Position numbers and translations under genes: made by a program. 34,753 nucleotides of DNA from positions 1-34,753 of the forward strand of contig DAOOPK010000002.1 of assembly GCA_035388205.1 (NCBI GenBank), given 5' to 3'. This stretch comes from Bacteroidales bacterium (lineage in GTDB: Bacteria; Bacteroidota; Bacteroidia; Bacteroidales; ML635J-15). Shown here in pieces: positions 16,281 to 23,808 of the stretch (its first letter is position 1; each line of letters starts with the position of its first letter). The notes under the pieces were generated by a model that was not told the origin of the DNA, did no database searches, and saw only the letters and a program-made list of their open reading frames with translations.

Positions 16281-19200
16281 ATGAAAAAAATAATTATAAT
16301 AACAACAATAGTTCTGGCCGCGTTATCAGTTATTAAAGCTCAAGATGTTGTTCCGGTTGTTCAGGCAGGACACTCGGGTAGTATTTTATTTGTAGAGTGG
16401 GATCCCACGAGTCGTTATCTTGCAAGTGTTGATGCCAATAATGAATTGGTAATTAATGACCTTGTTTCAGGAAAAATGTTTTATAGAATGAAAATTCCGG
16501 GAGACGAAACTGTAAATGCTCTGAATTTTGAAAATGAAAATAAGCTTGTAGTTGCTACTTCAGCACAGATATTTAAATTTAATATGCGAAATCTTGAACT
16601 TGAAAAATCTTCAGGAAATGTCAATAAGAAAAAAATGACTGAAGATTTGAAAATTTATGGAGCTGTTCTAAAAAAAGGAGGGAAGTCATTATTTAACCGC
16701 GATGCATATACTTGGTTTACTTATGCTGCAAATTCAAATGATAATAAATATGTTTTAGCCGGAGACGAAAAAGGGCGTTTATATTATTGTAATTCAAATT
16801 TGAATACCAAAAAATTTGAAAACACTCATTTTTTAAGTATCAATGATATTGATTTTTCGGCTGACGGAAAGTTTGTTGCCGTTGCTTCTGCTGACAGGTC
16901 TATCTCGGTATGGAGATTGCCTGAATTTAAGTTTGAAAAAAGAATAATTCCTCGCAGCTTCAATGTTTGCGCTATTGATTCTCATCCAACAGACAGTCTT
17001 ATCGCATTTGGTGACGAATTGGGATTTGTGTATTTGCTTAAATTCGAAAATGATAAAGTAACCTGCGAAGGCATAAACGGACATAATGGGAAAATAAATG
17101 ATATTTGCTTTTCTCCAAACCCTCTTATTGTTGGTACTGCCGGAAGTGATAATCGTGCTGCTGTTGTTGACTTCGAAAACAAAAGTGTTCTTCAATATTT
17201 TACTCTTCATCCAAGAGCATCGAAAGTAAAACAAACATTTAATATAAAAAGTATTCAGGAAAAAGTAACAAACACAGAAAAAGGGAAACTATGGTTCGAT
17301 GAAAATGTGTATTCTGTTGCCATTAGTCCTGATGGAAAAACTATTGCTTATTCCGGTGGAAAATGGGGTCTTACAAATCCTGTTTTAAAAGTGTCATCAA
17401 TATCAAATTTAAATATTTTTGAGCCCAAAGAAAACAGAAAACCCAAAAAAGCAGATTTGGGATTAATGTCAAAAGAAAATCAACATATTTTTAAACAGTT
17501 ATATTTTGCTAGCGACAAGGAATTTTATGGTTTTGGCGAAGAAGATAGAGATAAGGGCGTTAGATTTAATACAACAATTACAGGTTATTCCGAGAAAGAT
17601 AAAACTACAATTGAATCCGTTTACAGAAATAACAGACCTCAAAATACTCTTGTTCTTCAGGCGTTCTATCCTAAAAATTCTGAATCTGATTATATAATTA
17701 AAACCGACCCTATCACAAAGGATGTTTATACTTGTCGTGGTTTTGATATTGAAAGACAGACTGGCGGAAAAACAATTAAATTTACCGGACACAGGGGCTA
17801 TATTAATGATTTTGAAATTGTAAAAGGTAAGGGTTATCTTGTAAGCTCTGCCGAAGATGCTTCAATGAACATCTGGGATATTAACACAGGAGAAAAGTTG
17901 TTGAGTATTTTTGTCGTTGATATGGGTAAACTGGTTTTTATTACTCCGGACAATTATTATATGGCAACTGGAGACGCTCTAACAGGCCTAGGATTTAATT
18001 TTGAAGGAAAAGTTTTTCCGGCCGAGCAATTTGATATCAAATATAATAGACCGGATTATATTTTGGAATCTTTCGGTTATTTTGATGAGGACATGATCGA
18101 ACTATACCACAAAGCCTATTTAAAAAGAATATCAAAATTAGGATTTACGGAAGAAATGCTTAACGGAAAAATCAATTTGCCAGAAATAGAGATAACAAAT
18201 CTGAATAATATTCAATTAAAAACCACCCAACCCGAAGCTCTTATCCAATTAAAGATGAAAGATGAAAATTATATTCTGGATAGAATAAATGTTTATGTAA
18301 ATGATGTTCCGTTATATGGTACAAGAGGCTTGTCTGTAAAAGATAAGTCTGTGAAATCACTTATGCAAGATATAAACATTCCGCTTTCTGCAGGACGTAA
18401 TATTATTTATATTTCTTGCCTGAATGAAAAAGGTATAGAATCTTTAAAAGAGGAATTGGAAATAGTATATGATAAAACCGACAAGAAAAAGCCGGATTTG
18501 TATCTAATTTCTTTGGCAGTTGCTGAATATGAACAGTCTCAATATAATCTAAGATATACAATAAATGATGGTCTTGGTTTTATAAAATTATTTTCCGAAA
18601 ACAGTAAGAATTTTGATAAGGTACACATACTTAAGTTTCATAATCAGGAATGTACAAGAGATAATGTACTTGCAATAAAAGAAGAGTTGATGAAATCGGA
18701 TGTTGATGATTATGTATATGTACATATTGCAGGACATGGGTTGCTTGATGATAATCTTGATTTTTATTTTGCAACTGCAAATATTGATTTTTCAAATCCA
18801 GCAAAAAATGGATTAAAGTATGACGAAATAGAAGGCTTGTTGGATGGAATACCGGCTCGCAACAAACTATTGCTAATGGATGCCTGTCATTCGGGCGAAG
18901 TTGATAAAGACGATGAATTTGCCATAAATACTGTTGGGGATGATGAAAATACCAGAGGTGTTACGATGTTTGCCACAAAGAACGAAAATAAACCTAAAAC
19001 AGGCTTACAAAATTCATATGAATTAATGAAGCTTTTATTTGCCGATTTAAAGAAAGGAACCGGTGCCGTGGTGATTTCTGCAGCATCGGGAGGTGGATAT
19101 GCTCTGGAAAACGAAGATATTGAAAACGGGATCTTTACATATTGTTTAATTCAGGCTGTTGGAAAAAGTAAAGCAGATACTGACGGAGATAAACAAATCT

Positions 19201-19313
19201 CGGTGTCTGAATTGAGAAACTATATTTTCGACGGAGTAAAAAGACTAAGTAACGGTAAACAGCAGCCAACTTCACGTAAAGAGAATTTAATGAATGATTT
19301 TATTATTAAATAA
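16281..19313 (+). CDS. Signal-peptide-bearing WD40-repeat protein fused to a caspase-like (peptidase C14) domain
   Basis: 1010 aa. Signal peptide MKKIIIITTIVLAALSVIKAQD. WD40 units include GHSGSILFVEWDP...LASVDANNELVINDL, FSADGKFVAVASADRSISVWRL, GHNGKINDICFSP and GHRGYINDFEIV...SSAEDASMNIWDI. The C-terminal ~275 aa carry the caspase dyad: HIAGHG (His819, nt 18735-18737) and LLLMDACHSGE (Cys869, nt 18885-18887). Confidence 0.85.
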   Translation: MKKIIIITTIVLAALSVIKAQDVVPVVQAGHSGSILFVEWDPTSRYLASVDANNELVINDLVSGKMFYRMKIPGDETVNALNFENENKLVVATSAQIFKFNMRNLELEKSSGNVNKKKMTEDLKIYGAVLKKGGKSLFNRDAYTWFTYAANSNDNKYVLAGDEKGRLYYCNSNLNTKKFENTHFLSINDIDFSADGKFVAVASADRSISVWRLPEFKFEKRIIPRSFNVCAIDSHPTDSLIAFGDELGFVYLLKFENDKVTCEGINGHNGKINDICFSPNPLIVGTAGSDNRAAVVDFENKSVLQYFTLHPRASKVKQTFNIKSIQEKVTNTEKGKLWFDENVYSVAISPDGKTIAYSGGKWGLTNPVLKVSSISNLNIFEPKENRKPKKADLGLMSKENQHIFKQLYFASDKEFYGFGEEDRDKGVRFNTTITGYSEKDKTTIESVYRNNRPQNTLVLQAFYPKNSESDYIIKTDPITKDVYTCRGFDIERQTGGKTIKFTGHRGYINDFEIVKGKGYLVSSAEDASMNIWDINTGEKLLSIFVVDMGKLVFITPDNYYMATGDALTGLGFNFEGKVFPAEQFDIKYNRPDYILESFGYFDEDMIELYHKAYLKRISKLGFTEEMLNGKINLPEIEITNLNNIQLKTTQPEALIQLKMKDENYILDRINVYVNDVPLYGTRGLSVKDKSVKSLMQDINIPLSAGRNIIYISCLNEKGIESLKEELEIVYDKTDKKKPDLYLISLAVAEYEQSQYNLRYTINDGLGFIKLFSENSKNFDKVHILKFHNQECTRDNVLAIKEELMKSDVDDYVYVHIAGHGLLDDNLDFYFATANIDFSNPAKNGLKYDEIEGLLDGIPARNKLLLMDACHSGEVDKDDEFAINTVGDDENTRGVTMFATKNENKPKTGLQNSYELMKLLFADLKKGTGAVVISAASGGGYALENEDIENGIFTYCLIQAVGKSKADTDGDKQISVSELRNYIFDGVKRLSNGKQQPTSRKENLMNDFIIK

Positions 19314-19350
19314 ATTAGTTATTGAAATAGTATTAACAAAACCATGAATT

Positions 19351-21405
19351 ATGAAAAAGTTATTATTGACAATAATTTTGATTTTCACAATATTTTTACT
19401 TAATGCACAATTTCCAACTTATGTAAAAGAACTTAAGATCGAACCGAATGGAAATATTAAAGTATCCGGAAATTTGGCTCAAGGGAAGGTAATCAATGAC
19501 TTAACTTGGGCGAGCAATAGTGCTGTAGCATGTTTCCCAAGCACTCAAAATTTAAAATTTAATGGAAAACATGTTTTATATTGGACAAGTATTCCGCCAA
19601 GAGCCGAGTTATTTATCAAAGTTATACCAGATAATCCGTCTGCAAATTTTAGCATTTATGCTTATCAGATCAGTACAAACGATTATTCTGTCGTACCGAA
19701 TCTGAATTCATGCGTTTCTTGTGAGGCGGAACACAAATGGGATTACCCGAAAGTTGGCAAAACACAAGATCATACAAGAGAAATTTCATTAAACTCTGTT
19801 GACAATTCGTATAAAATTGTCATCGGTGTTGTCGGTGCAGATGGATTATCTGAAGGCTCATACAAACTTGAATTAAGATTAGTTGGAGGAGAGGAGCAAG
19901 TAGTTATTCCACAGGAAACAGTAAAGGTATATGAAGTAGAAAGTAAAGCCAATAGTACAGTATCATATAAAGGCAATCTTAACACTGGAGTGAAAATACA
20001 TGATCTGTCATGGGCATCATCAAGTTCAAATGCATGTTGGCCCTCTACACAAGACCTCAAATTTAACGGTAATCATGTTTTATATAAAACAGTTATACCC
20101 CCGAGATCAGAAATGTATGTAAAAGTAATCCCCACAGACAAAAATGCAAACTTTAGTATTTATGCATATCAGGTAGGGGTTACCAATAATTCAATTGTTC
20201 CCAATCTGGCATCATGTATAACCTGTGAGGCAGAACACAAATGGGATTATCCGAAAGTTGGCAAAACACAGGACCATACAAGAGAAGTATATCTAAATGC
20301 GATTACGGAACCATATAACGTATTTATTGGCGTAGTAGGAGCAGACGGATTAACGACCGGAGAATATACCTTAGAAATAAAGATAGTAGGAGGGGAGAAG
20401 GAGGAGATTTTAGACCAAGCTGAAGTTAATGTAAACAATATAGAGTGTAAAGCTAATAATACCGTATCGTATAAAGGCAATTTAAATAATGGAGTAAAAA
20501 TACATGATCTTTCATGGGCATCAACTAGCTCAAACGCATGTTGGCCATCTACACAAAATCTCAAATTTAACGGTAATCATGTTTTATATAAAACAGTAAT
20601 CCCGCCCAGAGCCGAAATGTATGTTAAAGTAATACCCACAGATAAAAATGCAAACTTTAGTATTTATGCATATCAGGTAGGACTTAACAACAATTCTGTA
20701 GTTCCTAATTTGGCATCATGTGTTACTTGCGAGGCAGAGCACAAGTGGGATTATCCTAAAGTAGGAAAAACCCAGGATCACACACGTGAGATATATCTTA
20801 ATTCAATTGATAATTCGTATAATATTTATATCGGTGTTGTTGGAGCAGATGGGTTAACGACAGGAGAATATACTCTCGAAATAATGGTAGTAGGAGGGGA
20901 GGAATCAAATGAGGTGCAAGAAGAGGTAAAAGTAAGGACTTTTGAATCTGCTAAAAATAAAGTTACAGAGGTTAAAGGAAACTTGTTAGAAGGTGTGAAG
21001 ATACATGACCTGTCATGGGCATCAACAAGTTCAAATGCATGTTGGCCAGGAACACAAAATGAAAAATTTACAGGAAATCATGTCTTGTATTCCACAGAAC
21101 TTCCGGCAAATTCGGAAATGACAATAACTGTTATTCCTGATGACAAAAAAGCAAATTTCAGCATTTATGCATATCAGGTTGGTGTTGATAATAATGCTAT
21201 TGTTCCGAATCTGCCATCTTGCGTAACTTGTGAGGCAGAACATAAATGGGATTATCCTAAAGTTGGAAAAACTCAGGATCACACAAGAACAATTTCGGGA
21301 TTTACAGCTCTTAATAGTCCATATAAAGTTGTTATCGGAGTTGTTGGGTCTAACGGTCTGACAGAGGGGTCTTATACACTTAAAGTAGAAGTAAAATCGA
21401 GGTAG
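19351..21405 (+). CDS. Exported protein composed of four tandem ~168-aa beta-sandwich-like (pre-peptidase C-terminal/PPC-like) domains
   Basis: 684 aa. Signal peptide MKKLLLTIILIFTIFLLNAQ, followed by four homologous units. Each contains DL(T/S)WAS..(S/A)..AC(W/F)P, ANFSIYAYQ, an invariant CEAEHKWDYPKVGKTQDHTR, IGVVG..GL..G.Y.L, and (units 1-3) a VGGE linker. Confidence 0.85.
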   Translation: MKKLLLTIILIFTIFLLNAQFPTYVKELKIEPNGNIKVSGNLAQGKVINDLTWASNSAVACFPSTQNLKFNGKHVLYWTSIPPRAELFIKVIPDNPSANFSIYAYQISTNDYSVVPNLNSCVSCEAEHKWDYPKVGKTQDHTREISLNSVDNSYKIVIGVVGADGLSEGSYKLELRLVGGEEQVVIPQETVKVYEVESKANSTVSYKGNLNTGVKIHDLSWASSSSNACWPSTQDLKFNGNHVLYKTVIPPRSEMYVKVIPTDKNANFSIYAYQVGVTNNSIVPNLASCITCEAEHKWDYPKVGKTQDHTREVYLNAITEPYNVFIGVVGADGLTTGEYTLEIKIVGGEKEEILDQAEVNVNNIECKANNTVSYKGNLNNGVKIHDLSWASTSSNACWPSTQNLKFNGNHVLYKTVIPPRAEMYVKVIPTDKNANFSIYAYQVGLNNNSVVPNLASCVTCEAEHKWDYPKVGKTQDHTREIYLNSIDNSYNIYIGVVGADGLTTGEYTLEIMVVGGEESNEVQEEVKVRTFESAKNKVTEVKGNLLEGVKIHDLSWASTSSNACWPGTQNEKFTGNHVLYSTELPANSEMTITVIPDDKKANFSIYAYQVGVDNNAIVPNLPSCVTCEAEHKWDYPKVGKTQDHTRTISGFTALNSPYKVVIGVVGSNGLTEGSYTLKVEVKSR
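19411..21402 (+). repeat. Four in-frame tandem coding repeats (period 504 bp between units 2 and 3)
   Basis: Unit boundaries from the translated sequence: 19411-19893, 19894-20397, 20398-20901, 20902-21402. Units 2 and 3 share identical DNA runs up to ~38 nt. The similar antisense ORFs in the track (19770-20060, 20247-20564) are a by-product. Confidence 0.9.
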
Positions 21406-21414
21406 ATTTTACCT

Positions 21415-21444
21415 AATCCAAAATATCAGATGTTATTTTGGATT
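21415..21444. terminator. Hairpin between convergent genes (candidate bidirectional terminator)
   Basis: Perfect 11-bp inverted repeat aatccaaaata / tattttggatt with the 8-nt loop tcagatgt. It lies 10 nt after the stop of the 684-aa ORF and 17 nt from the stop of the convergent 242-aa ORF. The stem is AT-rich and there is no long U-tract. Confidence 0.5.
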
Positions 21445-21460
21445 TGATGACATGATTAAT

Positions 21461-22189
21461 TTATTTCTGAACGAACAGATAAATTATCCCTAATCTTATT
21501 TGGGTGTAATAGAAGCTAATGTCATTACCTAAGTTATCATCAAAAGAATTCTTTTTGTAAAAGCGACTTAGAGATCTATAAGCTTCGATTGAAATGACAT
21601 ATTTGTCATTAATAGAATACTTTCCGCCTATATTTATACCGGCTTCAAAGATATTGATATTGTTCTTATTATTGTAACTACTATCAACATCAGGTAAAAG
21701 CCCTCCTTCTCCTATTTTGACATTAATATCTACATCATCCGACATATATGCATTGTAGGAACTATATATTCCAGTAGTTATAGCCATTTTATCCGAAAAA
21801 GAATACATAAAAGGAATTTCAATATAGAAACCAACAAGTCGAACTTTTCCTGTAATATTTGCAGTATAATATGTTGGTATATTTGCAGGCATACCCGATA
21901 TATTAGTTAAAACTACAGTGTCTTTTTTTTGACTTGCATAATAATTAAACCAACGAAAATCAGTAGAAATTTGAGGGATAAATTTAATTTTATCTGTTAT
22001 TTTGATATTTTTTCCAAAACTAACATAAGCTCCTGGAAATATTTTTGCTGATGAGTTTTCTGTTATTTGTGTTGGCATTGCCCCTCCATAATTTGTTCCA
22101 ATTCCAAAATAAATCTGAGAGAAAAGAGCCTGCGGCAGATACAAAAGAAATATTAAAGATAAGATAATGAATAGCTTATTCATATTCAA
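21461..22189 (-). CDS. Small outer-membrane beta-barrel protein
   Basis: Signal peptide (LPQALFSQ) and alternating beta-strand pattern. Overlaps the upstream gene by 14 nt. Confidence 0.6.
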   Translation of the reverse strand: MNMNKLFIILSLIFLLYLPQALFSQIYFGIGTNYGGAMPTQITENSSAKIFPGAYVSFGKNIKITDKIKFIPQISTDFRWFNYYASQKKDTVVLTNISGMPANIPTYYTANITGKVRLVGFYIEIPFMYSFSDKMAITTGIYSSYNAYMSDDVDINVKIGEGGLLPDVDSSYNNKNNINIFEAGINIGGKYSINDKYVISIEAYRSLSRFYKKNSFDDNLGNDISFYYTQIRLGIIYLFVQK

Positions 22190-22871
22190 AGTTTAGTTTA
22201 TCTATAAACAGAACAGACCCTGCGTGTCCTTTCATCTCTTTTCCCGAAACACTAGAAAGCAAAATTACATGAACGCTATCAGGAATGGTATTTATTAAAT
22301 AATCTATATTAACTGAGAAAGGACTATAAGAATTAATTTCTCCCGAATAGGTATATTCACCTTTTGCAATAGTATCTCTTACTTCATTAGTGCCGTTATA
22401 TTTTGTGAGAGTGATAAAGATAACCAAAGTATCATTATCGGCAGGAAAGTACTTAAAGTAGCCGTTTAGTTTTGAGGGCTTTTTCGTAAAAGGCTTACCA
22501 ATAACAAGGTTTTCGCCTATTGGTAAATCGGGATTGAAATACCCCGAAGCAAGTATTCCTGGAATGGTTAAATCTTCACCCCACCATTTAGTCTCGAGTC
22601 TTAGGGCATAGCTTCCCGAATAAGAATCTGTAGTTTTAGTTACAGTAATGGGACCACCAATTACAGACAAATAATTTAGTCCGTCCCACCAGTCTCCCGA
22701 AGGCTTATCAAAACTAACTTCTCCTTGAGTTTGGGTAGTCCATACTTCAAAATCGCCTCCTGCCAGAGCTTCAGTAACTGTGGTTTCAGGTGGATCAAGA
22801 GGATCTTTATCGCAAGCGATGAAAGAAAATGTTGAGAGAAAAAACAATGCTATTATTATAAAAGATTTCAT
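22176..22871 (-). CDS. Lipoprotein with PCMD-like (putative carbohydrate metabolism domain) fold
   Basis: Lipobox SFIAC. Has GDFEVW...DWWDGLNYLS...TTDSYSGSYALRLETK...LNGYFKYFP...GSVLFIDKLNF, the pattern I associate with PCMD/PF13201 proteins. Recognised from memory only. Confidence 0.5.
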   Translation of the reverse strand: MKSFIIIALFFLSTFSFIACDKDPLDPPETTVTEALAGGDFEVWTTQTQGEVSFDKPSGDWWDGLNYLSVIGGPITVTKTTDSYSGSYALRLETKWWGEDLTIPGILASGYFNPDLPIGENLVIGKPFTKKPSKLNGYFKYFPADNDTLVIFITLTKYNGTNEVRDTIAKGEYTYSGEINSYSPFSVNIDYLINTIPDSVHVILLSSVSGKEMKGHAGSVLFIDKLNFEYE

Positions 22872-23740
22872 TGTTTAATAAATTTTTGAGAATGTATAAT
22901 GTCATAATATTCCACAGAAATAATATATGTACCTTCTATCAGATTGGAAATATTTATAAGTTGATTATATTGATTTTGAATGAGTTTATTGCCATTAAGG
23001 TCGGAAATATAGTAATTACAATTTATAAAGCGATCGTTTAGCATAATAAAATCGCTTGTTGGATTTGGGTAAACCTGAAAGTCTGAAAACGTTTCATCTA
23101 TAATTCCTGTATTATAATCAAGTTCTATTTTATCAATATACAAAACACTTTCTGCTATAGGGTCATCAGGATTTGATGAAACTGCCATGATATTTAAAAT
23201 CTCTGGCTCATATTCATTACGGTATTCTATGTCAAGTATTAACTCAGTATAATTATTTTGAGGTTCATAACTCTCATATAATGCAGTTGCAACAGTGTCG
23301 GGGACGTCTGTTCCGTCATTTCTTAACATCCACATACCTATTCTCATTTTATCATTGTCAATAGGTAAATATTTATACCAAAGCTTTAATTTATTGGGTT
23401 TTAAATTGAAATCTATTCCACCCGTAATACTCGTTTCCTGAGTCCAAAGATCAATATCAAAATCACCCAAAGTAATAAATCCTGGAGCGACAAAAGTTAA
23501 CACAGTTTTAGATATGAGTTTAACCGCATATTCACCCTCATACGAATCTGTAGTCTTTTCGGTTGTGATTTTATATATGGGCATAACATTAGTTGTAGAA
23601 TTTGCAGTATTCCATGAAACAGGATCTTCATGTCCCTGTTCTGCGGTATGCCATTCATCAAAACTGTTGTTGGGAATAGTCTGGGAAAACACTAATACTG
23701 TCAATGACAAAAAAATACAAATGTTGAATATTTTAACCAT
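22868..23740 (-). CDS. Secreted PCMD-like protein with T9SS C-terminal sorting domain
   Basis: Signal peptide. Paralogous pattern to the downstream gene (NNSFDEW...TTDSYEGEYAVKLISK...LKLWYKYLP...SVLYIDKIEL), followed by the CTD VYPNPTSDFIML...GTYIISVEY. 4-nt overlap with the next gene. Confidence 0.6.
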   Translation of the reverse strand: MVKIFNICIFLSLTVLVFSQTIPNNSFDEWHTAEQGHEDPVSWNTANSTTNVMPIYKITTEKTTDSYEGEYAVKLISKTVLTFVAPGFITLGDFDIDLWTQETSITGGIDFNLKPNKLKLWYKYLPIDNDKMRIGMWMLRNDGTDVPDTVATALYESYEPQNNYTELILDIEYRNEYEPEILNIMAVSSNPDDPIAESVLYIDKIELDYNTGIIDETFSDFQVYPNPTSDFIMLNDRFINCNYYISDLNGNKLIQNQYNQLINISNLIEGTYIISVEYYDIIHSQKFIKQ

Positions 23741-23808
23741 AAGTTAATTTTTTCAAATAACATGGTAATAACAGAAATAATGGCGAAAAGTTCAATTCAA
23801 AGATTGAA

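Noticed and set aside
19770-21282. Minus-strand ORFs 19770-20060, 20247-20564 and 21031-21282; the first two have similar sequences.
   Set aside because: All three lie entirely antisense to the 684-aa repeat-protein CDS. The mutual similarity of the first two simply mirrors the 504-bp coding repeats. None has its own start context or recognisable domains.
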